A stretch of DNA of 64,000 nucleotides from Podarcis pityusensis (lineage: Eukaryota), in the NCBI GenBank assembly GCA_964106645.2, contig OZ067043.1. One strand, written 5' to 3'. Below the pieces are notes generated by a model. It was not told where the DNA came from. It ran no database searches and was given only the letters and a program-made list of their open reading frames with translations. How positions within the stretch are numbered: the stretch's first letter is position 1; every line of letters begins with the position of its first letter. Shown piece by piece: positions 25,911-39,270 of the stretch. A program made the position numbers and the translations under genes.

Positions 25911-28900
25911 ATTGGACTCAATATGTGTAAAATGGCTTCCGTATCTTCCTCTCTATACCACTTGATCAGTAAAAAATGTTACTTCCCTTAAGAGATCTCA
26001 AATATTAACTGAACTGAGTTACTATCATCTTTTTAAAAATGGTGTGAACCAGTTAAAATCAAAGCTATCCATTTAGAAACAACCTTTAACCATCTGGCAG
26101 GCCTGTGCAAATTGAAGTTCTACTCCTCCTGAAGTTGCTTTAAAAATGTTAAAAGCTTTGTTTTGGTGCACATATAACATGGAGATTTTCCTGTGGCCTG
26201 GAGTTTTTATTTGGTAAAATAACAAAGCCATAGCCTTATTGCTGTGTTTGTGACATCAATTACTATAATACCAATACAGATCACCCTAGTGCCACAAACA
26301 GAGAATTAGGCCTGAATGTGAGAAATAAGCAGCAGGAGCTAATAAAATCTGTGTTAAACAGCTATTTATTTCAAAGAAAGAATAAACAGAATAAAAACAA
26401 TAAGGGCCACATGTGGTGCTATTAACATTAGAAAAAGAATCTATATAGGATATGGATTACAACTTCAGCCTGGAAGAACTGCTTATTCGTTGTCAGACTT
26501 AGCCTCTGTGTAATATTAAGTAATACTAAATAACAGGAAAAGCATTCGGACAGAAAAAAGTATAGATTAGGGAAAGCAATTATTAACATTTAGGGCCTGC
26601 GATTTGTTGGGAAGGTGGGCTTTGCAATTCAATGAATTTCTAATTAGAAACAAAGTGCATCTGCCTATAGCAGTAATAGGATATTGATCAACCACTGTTT
26701 GTTTATGGGAGTATTATTGATAGCAGAAATAAGGTTTACACAATTTTCAAACCAAAAACACAGATCAATTTATCTAATACCAATTGGGTGTTTTCTTCAA
26801 GCCAGGGCAGGGCAATCCTTTTCTTGTGTTGGAAATTAGTGTCAAGCCATGCAAATAACTTTTTTTTGAAATTGTGTCAAATGGGACATTCCTACTCTAA
26901 GACAGGGAAGGGGAACCTATGGCCTTCCAAATGTTGTAGGATTCCAAATGGCTTCTGACAGTCCGGTTCCCACCTGACCCGGACTTTGAGAAGACTTTCT
27001 CTGAGGAAAAGGCTTGGGACCCTGTGAAGAAATCCAGCTTAACTGAGGACCTGGAAGAATCAACTGAAGTGCCTTGGCTCATAGATGTTGGATATTGTAG
27101 GCCTCAGGCCTACAATAACCATCAAATTACATTCCTAGAACAATTCCCTGTCCATAAAGGAGCTATGGAACCATGGTTTAGTAGTGCTATAAACACAAAC
27201 AGCAAAGGGCTGCTGAAAGTCTTAGGCTCACATGCTCCCCTGCCCAACTCTTCTCCCAAATGTCCAGAAAGAGGGCTTTAGCAAATTTAGTTACACTTTT
27301 AACAAAACCTGGCTTATCATTATATATGAATCAGAGGTTATGGTTTCAAACAAGCTCAAGTAAATTTCACAATAAGCCAGCTTCAAACTAGGCAAAAGCA
27401 GCAGCAAGAGAGCTCTGTGGTATAGTCTTCAAAGCGGACACAATGTAGAGCAGGAGATTGCTAGCTCAAATTCACACAATTCCCCCACCATTTCCTGGTA
27501 CCATTGATGCAGTGTGAGTGTGCTCCTACCCTGTGCTGTCCACATCCTGCCCTCAAATCCATCCTGTTTCACTTTATCTTTGCTTGCAGAACAACCATGC
27601 CAGCAGCGTATCACCACATTTTTTGTGTGGAGACAGTTTATCTGCTCCTCAGCCTCTATAGCAGGACTTCTGCTGAAACCTACAACCATTCAGCTGGCAG
27701 AATTCAAGTTTAGAATGACTCTGTTAATTTCTTACTTTGCTGCTGTCAGAAAGAACAGCAGAGGCAATGGATAAATTCAATTAACAAAAAACCTTTCAGT
27801 TTAACACGTCGTATTAAGGGCTTTTCGTGTTCACTCCCCAAAATGCTGCGAAAAGACAGCTGTTAACAGACATATTATTTAGGCAATACTGATATGGTAC
27901 TGTATGGTATCGCATCATGTGATTAGTTCTTTAAAAGTGTTTCAGCTTTTAGTGGGTGCCACTGCTTCTCCACTTATAACAGCTTCCTCCTTTTTTAAAC
28001 AAGGGGAAAAGGTTGGAAATATGGGCTGCCAACTTCCCCCATCCCCACCAGCCTCCTATGTTTAATGGGCTGCAAACCTCTAATGACTCCGGCTGCCTTT
28101 CTGCCTGTAACAACCAGCTCATTTTTTTAAGAAGAGGTTATAAATAAGGGTTGCCAATATTTTTTCTTAACTAGGCTCCTATGTCTTTATTGAGGTTGCC
28201 AACTTTTACAGGCCGCTACTTCTCTACCTGTAACAATTAGTTCACTGGGCAAGGGGTCATGCAGGTTCATGTGCCTTGCAATCATCCAGGCAGATTTCTG
28301 CACCTTCTACGAATGAGAAAGGTCCAGGAGCATGGTGGCTAGGTGGTTGTTGTTCTTCTTTAGGTCAATTGGCATACCTAACCTTACAGGTTGCACTCGA
28401 AAAAGAGGATATTCAGCAGGTACACATACAGAGCCACACAGTTGACCCCTAAATCTCTCTTCCCTCCATTTTAGTTTGAAGGCTTTTCTGTGCCTTCAAA
28501 AGCTGCTGTCAGGAATGCAGCTGTAGAGCATCTCAGTTATATTTTCCACTCCTCTCTTGCCTTACAAACTATTTTTTACTTGTCACCTGTGGTTTCTTCG
28601 CCCAGTATATTTTCACACCTGTAATTTCTAACCTCTTGACTACCTGAGCTGTAAACACTTTGAGGCTGATAGGCCTAGTCTGTGAATATTTCCATCTCTC
28701 TCTCTCATTTGTCCCTCTCCCCACCAGTGTTTTTCTGTCCTTCAAAGAGCTACACTAATGGTCATTTTCCAACCAACCCTCTCTGCTTGTCCTTCACTCA
28801 ACATTTCATTCATCCCTCTCCCCTGAACATAACCTTCTGTCACAACAGGCACTTGCAGGGTCTTTTCTTATAAACCCCCATTTAATAACAGTGACCACAA

Positions 28901-29175
28901 AAAATGCCTTTAAAACTGCAAACATGTTACACAATTCTTGGGCAATGACACATACTAGATGTTCCCCTTGACCTAGCATTATTTCCAAAAGGACACAGTA
29001 TAAATAGAGAATTTTTCCTTCAAAACTACTCCAGCAAAATTTGTGTAAGAAATCAGCATACTTCTCAAACTTGATCACACATTTAGCTCATTCATAAGAC
29101 ACCATTTATTATCCTTTCCACCTCAAATGTGGTATGGACCATACTCATCCTAACCTCTCATACACTGCCAAGTTT

Positions 29176-29295
29176 CATAGAATTGTAGAGTTGGAAGTGA
29201 CCACAAGAGTCATCTAGTCCAACCCTTGCAATGCAGAAATCTTTTGCCTTCTGTGGGGCTCAACCCACAACTCTGAGATTAAGAGCTTCATGCTA
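29176..29295 (-). mobile_element. tRNA(Lys)-like SINE with CR1-derived tail (Squam2-like)
   Basis: Minus strand: agcatgaagctcttaatctcagagttgtgggttgagccccac (tRNA-Lys-CTT-like head), then gggttggactagatgac..cttccaactctacaattctatg (CR1 3' end). Confidence 0.8.
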
Positions 29296-30306
29296 TAAAA
29301 TCAGTCTGTTGAACCATTTTTTTAACTAAAAGCTGTAATACCTATTTTCCCCATCCCAATTTTTCTTTGTAATTTTGGGGTGCTATTCAGCCAACTTATC
29401 CTTTGCGTACCTATAATAAATTCAAAATCTTCATCGAAATCAGGTTTTGCTCCATCCTGTGCACTACCAGCCTGCTTTCTTACCTGGTGTTTCCATTTTA
29501 ATGGCATCACTGTTGAGATGAAGGCCATCAAAACATTTGTCTCAAGGGGTCTGTTTGTGTGTCCAGTGCCTACTGACAAGGCTGTGTATATTCCACGCTT
29601 CAATAATTGCATCATGAATTTGGTACATTTGGTATCTGACAGGTTTTAATTTGACCTATCTTGATGTCACCATTTAACTTTCTGAAAATCATATGCATGT
29701 GTCAAACAGAAATCTCCATTCTATTTAAATTATTCAAAACGGAATAAACAGATGGGAAAATAACAGATCCCAGTAGATACTGTTTAATGAAAAAGGAGGA
29801 AGCAAACATTTGTGTCTTGACAGAAAGGGGGCAGCTAGTTCAATCTCTCCAAGCCTCCTTTCAGTAATTTGCTCTAAAAGGTAACAATGTATCCAGTTAA
29901 TCAGGATGCCTCAAAGGGAACACAGCTACATAGTGTTCCTGCTTTTTAATTTTGAGGGATTAATCTATTGAGCAATCTTTCCTTGTACCATTTTGTCATG
30001 ACATTTATTCACTCCATGCGTAGCTTCTAATCTGTGTGGATGATGACGTGCTCAAAATAACCAGAAAAGAAAATCTAATGGGTTTGATCCAACAGAGCCC
30101 AGCACTAGAAGCTACTTGTGGAGTGAGTCTCTGATATTTTTTTTATTCCTCCTGTAGCTGCAGCCTGCTTTGACCCACAGGAGTTGCTTTTGGGGAGCTC
30201 AGTGAGTTGCAGTAGGGAGAAGGCAAAAAAGCACTAGTCAATGAGTAAAAACCCATTTGTGGTTCTTATGATACAAAGCAAGGTTTACGGACAAATGTAT
30301 CACACT

Positions 30307-30490
30307 GGGAAAGCGCTGCAGGTCAGTGATGGAGTATATGCTTTTCATGTACAAAGTCCTAGGTTTGATGCCAGGCAGGGCTGGGAAATATTCCCTGCCT
30401 GAAACCATGGAGAGTCACTGTCAAGTCAGTGTCAACAATACTGAGATGAACCAATGGTCTGTATTGGTATAAGGGAGCTTTCTATGTTTT
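30307..30490 (+). mobile_element. tRNA-derived SINE with CR1-like tail, decayed
   Basis: Degenerate A/B boxes (ggtcagtgatggag; aggtttgatgcc), then cctgcctgaaaccatggagagtcactg..caatactgag..ccaatggtctg..gtataagggagctttctatgtt. Confidence 0.65.
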
Positions 30491-33400
30491 ATTATTTTCT
30501 ACGATCTTAGCTAATACTAATTTCAACTTGAAGTTTCTGTTCCAAAGTCCATTTGGAAATCATAGTCGTAACTGCTAAGATCCTAGCAGAGATTGCATTA
30601 TTATGGTTTCACCATCAGTACCAATGGTTGTGCATATACATCATAATCCTGAAATTACTGTAACTGATTATGATACCATGAGGATACTTCCAAAACTATG
30701 AGACAATAAATTTGGGATTAGGTGGCTTTTGTAAACAGTCTTCCCCATGAAATTCAGCTCCTCCTTTAAAGGGAACTTTAAGGCAAGATTTTTCACAAAA
30801 GCCACTACAGAGGAAAGGTGCATCCAAAACATCCCCTGAGGCAACCAACCCCACCACCACCGTAGTGCTCCATTTTATTTTTGGCAGCTTCAGTGCTATT
30901 TTTGTTTTGTTCAAAACAGGTCCTCTTCTTGAACAGCAGTGGCATCAACATGCAGTCAAAAAAGATTTGGCTTCAAGATAAAACCATGGGTCAAATAAAG
31001 CAAATTCAAAGTGAGAGCAATACCTTTGCTCAACACTAGCTTCGTTTGTTCTTAGTGATGTACATCACCATGAAGTAAAATCTGGGTAACTGCATGAGGA
31101 TATCATTGCTGCTAGAAATGCATTTTTTTCTCTTCATCAACAAAAAATTGCCCATGTTCCAGATGACTGGGATGGGGCAATGAACCAGTACGTGGAAATA
31201 TACACCATGAGGAGCCTGAATAAATACTTTATCACACACCCCAGCCCCTTCACATGCTGAAAATCAGTTGCATTAGCCCCAATTGTTGCCCTAGATGTGG
31301 CCGGTATATCATTGTATTCCAGTTGTTTTTAAAGCACACTCTAACCTTTCAAATTCTAATATTCAATTCTTTTATTACAAAATAATATCAACATAATTAA
31401 ATAATCCCAGCAGCTGCACTCTGGAAGTTATACCCAAATTAGACAGAACATATTGTTCTTAAAGCTGGGTTAGATTTCTCATGTTCATACTTAAATGCTC
31501 CTACAGAATTCATTCTGGGGGAAATGCGTCACAGCTTAGTACATTATTCATAGGATGGTTGGGACAAAATAAGCCAGAAACACAACAGCTCCATCTACAA
31601 CATGAGTCAAAGGAAAGCCAAAAAGAAAAGAAAAATCTGGTTCAGAGTTTAAATGTTTGCATCAGCAAACTAGTCATATGTTCAAAACATTTTGCTGCAC
31701 TGAATGATGATAATTAAAGCAGTACACCCTGTAGTCCCATTTGAAAATAAGAAACATCTAGACTTTCAGATTCTCACAAACATCTCATGGTTCATATTTA
31801 CAGGAAACCATGTCAGACAGTAGTCTTTATAGAAATATATACTATGGACAATCAAGTTCTAAGGGAAGTGTTTCCCTAAGCTCTAAAGGCTTCTTCCTTT
31901 GTCAGTACCAGATCTCAAAGGAGATAGAAAACATAAAATATTTACCCTTAATAGATTTTTATGTTTCCAAGCCAATCATTGAAGTGGGCAAGTCAAGATG
32001 CATTTAATCACAAAATTAAATGTGTCCTGCTACGAAAGTCTAGCATCTTAGGCTAAAATGGTTCAAAACCAAAACATCTCTGTTCATAATTGTTTATGTT
32101 TCTAAGCGCTAAGCTAGGGTCCTGTAAATTCTCAGCACAGAATTCTGCTCTCCTTGCATATTTAGCAACACCAACATTCACAATTTTATACAGGAAATGC
32201 CTGTCTTTGTTTCCCTGTGGATAACACATTTTGTAGTCATTTGAATGGCTCTGGTATGTAAAGAGTAACTCATGAAGAAATATCAGTCCATTGTTTCAAA
32301 CCAATTTCACAGTTGCAGGAAAGGTGAACAAAGTTTCCATACGTGAATGAGCAAGGAAAATTTATCCTCATTCTGATCGTGAATTCCATTATACCAGACA
32401 GCTATATTGGGGGTTTTATGGAAGGGAGGGAGAAGTAGAACATAAGAACACAGGAACACAAATGTAAATGTTTCAATTTATAGGATAAAAATAAGTATCA
32501 GATTTCTTTGTCTCCCCATCAAGCTTAAATTGCTCTTCTGGGTACTAAAGAGAAAGATTGATTTTCTTGTGAAATGTAGCTCCAGCGTACTACTTTAGGC
32601 TATAAATTCTGGGTGCTGGAAACAGGGGTCAATGCATTAATGTCATAGACTAAAGGAACAAGAACATCAAAATCACTAGGCTGTGTTTCAGAGATTACTG
32701 GAAAGTCTGCCCCTTCTATTGACAATGTCACAGCAGTAGTACAGTAATATCACCACAAATGATAACAATGAAGAATTAGAAACTTTCTAAAATATATGGA
32801 TATGGATATATGGATATCTTCACACAAGCATGACTGGACTCCTGCAAGCGACTTTCACCAGGGTGGTTTTATACAGAATGCTGCTGAGTAGTTATGAGTC
32901 CAGACATAGAAACTTTGTGGTCACGCGAAAACAGCAATGATTTATGAGTCCATAACCATGAAGCACCATCCAGTTATCTAGTTTGCAGAATGGTCAACAT
33001 GGGAACTGCTTTTTTGATGAATATCATTCAGGAAAGAATGATGACTACTTATATATACATCTGTTATTAGCTAAAAATATTCAAGAGCAAAGTGCCTAGC
33101 TATTCATAGTTTCTCTGGCTACTCTCCCAGAGGTAAATGACATGGCAGACATTTCCCATGGCAGATGTTTGGTCTGGCAACTGCAAGGACCCTAGTGTCC
33201 ACTGAGGGGAGCTCTGCCTTCTCCTTATCACCCACTCCAGCATAAGCAGTATGAGCCAGTTTAATTGAAGTCAACCTACAGGCTGATTGAAACATGACAA
33301 GTTTTTTTATATGGGTATAATTTCCAGGAAGCCACGAGTTTCAAATGCTGGCAAATAGATATAGATTTATTATGTGTGTTGTGTTGGGGTGTGTTGCATA

Positions 33401-33984
33401 TGTGTTTGTCTTCAACAAAATAATTGCACACTAAAGGTTTGTGCAAATGGACTCTCAAAATTTGCCACCTTATTTAAGGAGGGAAATTGGGGAGGGAAAA
33501 CCATTGAATTGAATTTCTCAGGGTGTGGGACTCACCATCAGGAATAGCACATCTCCTCCCCCCCCCCCATGGTTCCCCTCCCCCTTTTTCACTGCTCCAA
33601 TTGGAGGCAGGCCCACAAATGCGTGCAGATTGGAACATTTTGTATTCTTCACTTTCCCCAGATCTAGCATCATTCTGATACATTGTGTGATAAATCGTAG
33701 GTGCCACAAAACAAACAAACAAACTGATACCAAATACTCAAGAGAAAATTTTGCCAAGTGGCCTTCTTTATGATTGCAAATTCTGGGGAAACTTTCATCT
33801 GCACAACTTATATGTGCAAATGCCCTCTTGCTGCAGGTCTTTACTTTGTACACATGGGCTACTCAGCAAAGCACTGCTCCTTGTTTCCATGTTGCTCACT
33901 GAGGAAGGGAAGACTATCCAAACAGGACTTATGCTTACCCTCCAAGGCTGAGTCACCTCAGCCTTGGCAAAACTTTCTATGTTT

Positions 33985-34230
33985 TTATAAAATAAATTTT
34001 ATTAGATATTAATAAAGTTACAAAGATTAATATTCTTTTTTGTCCAAACTAAAATGCTAATCTAGATAAAATAAAAACATTGATCCCAAGGAAAAGAAGA
34101 GAAAAAGAAGGGGGAAGGAGAAAGAAAAAGAAAGCAAGGAAGAAAAAAGGAGAGAGAAAGAGAGGGAGAGATAGAAGGTTTCAACGTGAGAGAAAAGAAA
34201 GTTAAGAAACCAAATAACTTCCAATTCTTC
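33985..34230 (-). repeat. Polypurine tract, possibly an L1-type 3' UTR remnant
   Basis: Near-pure A/G run at 34088-34200, preceded by ttttt..tttatt (antisense polyA signal and tail). Confidence 0.4.
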
Positions 34231-34622
34231 ATTTGTCAGCTATATATATAAGCATCATTTAACTCATCCACTCCAATATAACTTGGCCAGACTTTCTAGA
34301 AGAGGGCATTGTGTCTGCAGCACAGAGTGGTGGCGTTGGGTAAAGGAGCAAATAATTATGCATAGGCTGAGGAAGAGTTAAAATGTCCACAGCTTTTATT
34401 AGTTATATCTCACAGAGTTTGGCTTGGCATAGGACAGAGATCCACTCCTTGGACTACTTGACTTTTGCCCAATACACCAGCCAACCTGGGTTTCTCGGAG
34501 TTGCATGAACCTCAGGCCCACCATGAAAAAAACTGAGACATATCAAGCAACTTGGTGGCCATGCCAGTCCCCCAAGCTGAGACTGAGACCTTGAAACAAC
34601 ACCCCCAAATGTGAAATGGTAT

Positions 34623-34889
34623 CAGGGCCGCCCTGCCCATGAGGCGATGTGAGACAGTAACTTTAGCTGGCAGATCCAGCTTCCTCTGTATCCGACCGCC
34701 ACACCCACCTGGCCACGTAATCTGTTCCTAGCCATGGCACTGGGAAGGCACAGAGGAGGCAGTGGCAGGAGAGTGTGGCGGCAGAGGGCAGTGGCGGAGG
34801 AGGTGGTCAGGTACAGAGGCAGCAGCTGCTGTGGGGTGGCCGGCATTTTCTGTTTTGCGTGAAGTACAAAATGTCCTTGGCCAGCCCTG
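34623..34889. mobile_element. GC-rich hAT-type MITE
   Basis: Termini CAGGGCCGCCC / GGCCAGCCCTG; GC-rich interior in an AT-rich background; degenerate 8-bp flanks. Confidence 0.6.
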
Positions 34890-35666
34890 TATGGGTTGCC
34901 TGCCACATGCTTATCCATGCTGTGGATCCAGCCACAAGCTCTAGCACCTGCGATAAAAAAATTATGACACAATATACTGAATTGGCATCAACAACAAGCA
35001 ATGCTGCCCTTATTCCCTCAGAGACAGCCCTGTCTATATCCCTTCCTAGTTAAGGGGGTCCATAGATATGTCTGGCTGCCTTGCTATCATCAGTATTGCT
35101 TTTGGCACTAAGCTTCACCCCAATTAACATTTCTGAGAATCATATCACAATACTCTCTTCTCAAGCAATTTTGCATCTCAAATGTTTTGCGCCCTAAAAA
35201 AGCTATTAAGGCACTACTGTAAATAAAGGAATGACAGCATGTTCAGTTAAACTCTTTTGTTTGTCTTATGGAGAAATAATTACCAGAGAAGTATTCAACT
35301 GAATATACAGAATTCTATTAAGACTCCCCATTTTGACAACAACAAAAAATGTTTCACAATCTTAACTGAAGCTAATCAGGGGTTCTTTTTGATCTTGTGG
35401 AATAAATACAACAGAGACCATCAGTTATGATGAAGCTTGTAGAAAAAGACAGTAGGATTGCATATGGTTCTCCCTCTCTTTCTTCAGAAATTCTGGCACC
35501 ACTTCCCTGATTTTTGAACCTCAGATATTAAAGAAACCCTTTGCAGAGAAAGGAAAAGGCGCTGGTCGTAGAAATCACACCAATCTTTTTCTGGAAGCTG
35601 ATGAAAGCAGTGTGCAGAATTCCTCTGTGCCTCTGTTCCACATGAGAACACAGGAAGCTGCCTTAT

Positions 35667-35901
35667 TGTCACATTCACACCACACATTTAAAGCACCATG
35701 ATTACCCTTTAAACTATTGTGGCTTCCCCCAAAGAATTCTGGGAGCTGTAGTTTGTTAAGGGTGCCAAGAGTTGTTAGGAGATACCTATCTTCTCCTCAC
35801 AGAACTACAATTCCCAGACTCATTTAACACTGATTCCCTCTCCCCAGGGAACTCTGGGAAGTTTAAAGTGGTGTCTTTAAATGTATAGTGTGACTGTGGC
35901 C
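35667..35901. mobile_element. Palindromic non-autonomous DNA element (MITE)
   Basis: Termini cacattcacaccacacatttaaag / ctttaaatgtatagtgtgactgtg; internal inverted motifs ctgggagctgtagtt / aactacaattcccag. Confidence 0.7.
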
Positions 35902-36388
35902 CTTTTTTCACTGCAGCTGATGTAGGTCTGAATGCAGGTCTGAACACTGAAAGAAGCATCACAAACTCTCCCCCCCCTTCTGTTGTAATTTACACGGTAG
36001 GCACATTTCCTCAGTAATGAGGCATGTGAACTCCACATATCTGAATTGGCCAAGCACCTTACAGGTTATTGTGCTGCATGTTACACAAGCAGCCCAAAAG
36101 AAGAAGCAGAAATCACTGGTGCGTTCTCTGTCAGCACTTCCGAAATAGCTCTTCAGTTCAGTTGTTTTTTATTGTTTAGTCATTAGCCACTACAACCTTT
36201 CAACAGCTAAACCTTCCCTCACACAAGACCTTGGCTGCTAAAGCACTTGTATTAGAAAGGAGTGGGGGGGGATGTCTAAGAGGCAGAAAACTAGGTATCC
36301 TCAGACTGGGCCCAATCGGAAAAAACTAGTAATTAATGTATAAACACTTGTGCCACAAGCTGTGGCAATTGGCACTGGCTTGGAGGGA

Positions 36389-36501
36389 TGTTGTTGTTGT
36401 TTAGTCGTTTAGTCATGTCCGACTCTTCGTGACCCCATGGACCAGAGCATGCCAGGCTCTCCTGTCTTCCACTGCCTCCCGCAGTTTGGTCAAACTCATG
36501 T
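36389..36501 (-). mobile_element. RTE-BovB LINE 3' end
   Basis: MSLTKLREAVEDRRAWHALVHGVTKSRT matches the BovB ORF C-terminus; (CAA)n tail. Confidence 0.88.
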
Positions 36502-36760
36502 AGAAGACAGCTAAACAATATTTGGAAGATATTGCCGTAATATTAGCCATGATAATGCAATGCAAAGGCATTTTGCCTCTGGGGGCTGCTGACTTCATGC
36601 CCTGCTGTGGACTTCACAGAAACATCTGACTGGCCACCATGGAAAATAGCAGATTGAACTGGATGGACTGTTCCCTGAGCTAGTGGGACTTTTATTATAT
36701 CCCTCACTACAGCATTTCATTTTTTTCTGACTTAAAGTTGTCTCAGGAATGATAATGTAT

Positions 36761-37219
36761 GTAGAATCATAGAACCATAGAACTGTAGAGTTGGAAGGGA
36801 CTACTAGACAGGGGTGGAGGAAGGGGGTGAGGTGGGGGCAGACCACCCCAAGTGCCCTCACTGAGGATAGTGACATTCGGCGCACCGCCCACCCACGACT
36901 CCCAAGCCTACCCTAAGCCATCGGGGTAAGGGGAGAGTTGCGCCGCTTTGCTGGTGGCATTCCCCCCTTCCCCCTTTGTTTTGACAGCTTGGGGGACGCT
37001 TGTGAGTCACGGGCTCCCGAGCGGCTATCCCGGGCCTGGGAGGGCACCCTCCACGCCATGCCCCCCTTGGAAGCACACCCGTCCTGGGCAGTGCGGGCAT
37101 ATGCTCCGCCGCTGCTACTGGGATCATCTAGTCCAACCCCCAGCAATCTTTTGCTCAATGTGGGGCTAGAACTCAGGACGCTAAGATTAATAATATCATG
37201 CTTTTCCAACTGAGCTATC
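36761..37219 (-). mobile_element. tRNA(Lys)-like/CR1-tail SINE split by a MITE
   Basis: Head gatagctcagttgg...gagttctagccccacattg at 37150-37219; CR1-type tail cccttccaactctacagttctatggttctatgattct at 36761-36800. Confidence 0.8.
36809..37114. mobile_element. GC-rich hAT-type MITE inserted in the SINE
   Basis: Termini CAGGGGTGGAG / CTCCGCCGCTG; 8-bp TSD CTACTAGA / CTACTGGG; removing it rejoins the SINE. CpG-rich, suggesting it is young. Confidence 0.8.
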
Positions 37220-37287
37220 AAAGAGCTAAGAAAGAATAAAAAGAGAAGCTGATCTGAAGAGATTGAGGTGAAACAGAAAACCTAGTC

Positions 37288-37331
<44 letters not shown>

Positions 37332-37465
37332 TGCCACACATCTGACTGGGTTGCCCCAGCCGCTCTGGGCAGCTCCCAATAAAATAATAAAAATACAACA
37401 GAACAGCAACCTTTAAACACTTCATTGTACAGGGCTGCCTTCAGATATTTTCTATAGGATGAATA
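37288..37465 (-). mobile_element. L2 LINE 3' tip with (TTA)n tail
   Basis: YRKYLKAALYNEVF remnant; same 3' UTR as the 3298 copy (ctgggttgccccagccgctctgggcagc); (TAA)n array at 37288-37330. Confidence 0.8.
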
Positions 37466-37616
37466 GAACAGGATGAATAAACTGAGGGTGAGCGTCAATG
37501 AATGAGTCCCATCAGTAGGAGACTATGTAAGCACGTCTGCTTGATCAATGAGGCTTTCCCTCCTCTCCTTCCCCCATGTGCCCCCACGCCCTCCAAAACT
37601 GGCTTATGGGGACAGG

Positions 37617-37781
37617 TATAGCTGTCAACTTTCAGATTTGAAAATAAGAGATCAGCAGCCTCACCTGTCCTGGGGACAGTCTACGGGATATCTAACAATC
37701 CGGGATAGCAGCGGGAAGCAGCAGGAAACGGCGCTGGAATAAGGGAATTTCCCACAAAAAAAGGGAAGGTTGACAGCTATG
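37617..37781. mobile_element. hAT MITE (165 bp)
   Basis: TIRs (T)ATAGCTGTCAAC / GTTGACAGCTATG; perfect 8-bp TSD GGGACAGG at 37609-37616 and 37782-37789. Confidence 0.9.
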
Positions 37782-38612
37782 GGGACAGGGGAGAACCAGC
37801 AGAACAAAGCACAGGGGGAGGAGAGCCAAGCTGAGATGCTTGCCCTGATGAAATGATCAACTTTCCCCTTGAATTCTCAATTTTTACACATAGTTTGTGT
37901 AGAAACAAGTAACAAGATGAAGCTAGATTGCCAACTGTTTCATACAGCTATTTTGGAGTAAACTTTGGAGAAACAAACAATGCTTAGTATCCAAATGAGT
38001 GCAATTTGGTAACAGCTCTTAAATAAAAAGGTAACAAGTTTTCCCAGTTAAAACATTTTTAATGGATGTTTCTTAGTTGGTTAATAAGGAAGATGGTACT
38101 GATTCTTTTATTTCAGCTCAGATATAAGGCCTAAGTTGGCAAAACAAATATACCCATGCACACACATTCAGCACACCCATGCTCATAAAATAAAAAGGTG
38201 ATATAAAGAGAAACAACAAAGAAGAGGGAAAATACAAATCACAAGGAGATGAGAAAGAGACTTTATATAGAGAAATGTATTGACTAGATGAAGAAGTTGT
38301 TATATGTACCCATTCAATTTAAACTGACCTTACTCCGTTCTTTTTATTTTGTTTCTGAAGGGTGTGTGGGCTCTGACACATGACAGCATGGATAATGAAG
38401 GGAAGTTTAGTCATAAGTAATGACCCTGTAAAACTGTATGAGTAACCATTAAAAAGCAATGGAAATTTAATTGAAGCTCACAAACAGCCTTTGTTTCACA
38501 CTAACTACAAGTCTTCTCTTTGGTTAGTTAGTTGAGTTTATTAAATTTGCGGAAGGGTTCCCACAACCAAAGGTAGCCCCAAAGTGCTTCACAAGAGAAT
38601 AAAAATGCCAGA

Positions 38613-38801
38613 TTGTTGTTGTTGTTTAGTCGTTTAGTTGTGTCCGACTCTTTGTGACCCCATGGACCAGAGCATGCCAGGCACTCCTGTCTTCCACTGC
38701 CTCCCGCAGTTTGGTCAAACTCATATTCGTAGCTTCAAGAACACTGTCCAACCATCTCGTCTTCTGTCGTCCCGTTCTCCTTGTGCCCTCCATCTTTCCC
38801 A
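38613..38801 (-). mobile_element. RTE-BovB LINE 3' end, inserted in an old L2 tail (~38530-39010)
   Basis: GK.EGTRRTGRQKTRWLDSVLEATNMSLTKLREAVEDR..W..LVHGVTKSRT on the minus strand; (CAA)n tail; 13-bp flanks AAAATGCCAGATT / AAAATACCAGATT. Confidence 0.88.
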
Positions 38802-39149
38802 TACATCTCTATAAAATACCAGATTACAATATGGAATAAGATCCATCCCGACAAAGCACAGGATAGAACACCAGAAGAACCACCCCAAACCAGGCTGCTA
38901 GTGCTGTCCAAATGCCTTGGAAATAAATGTGTCTTCACTTGGCACTGAAAAGGGGATAGTGCCAGCACCAGGTGAGCTTCCCTGGGGAGGGCATGCTATA
39001 ACTGGGTCAGCACATTTAAGTCAAACTTCAGCATTCTGTTGTTTGTCCTGTCCTTGTGCTCCAAGTCAATATTACTGAATCACTGAGCCTGGCATTTTGT
39101 TGAAAAGCCTCCAGCAGACATGCTTACTCCAAGACAAATTTAAAGAACT

Positions 39150-39270
39150 TATGGACCTCCAGGTGTTCCTGGACTCCAACTCTCATCAACTCCAATCAGC
39201 ATGACCAGAGGTCAGGGATGATGGGAGTTGTAGTCCAACATCTGGAGGGTTACACATTCCCCACCCCTTC
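39150..39270. mobile_element. Short palindromic hAT-type MITE
   Basis: cctccaggtgttcctggactccaactctcatca ... tgatgggagttgtagtccaacatctggaggg inverted arms. Confidence 0.7.
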
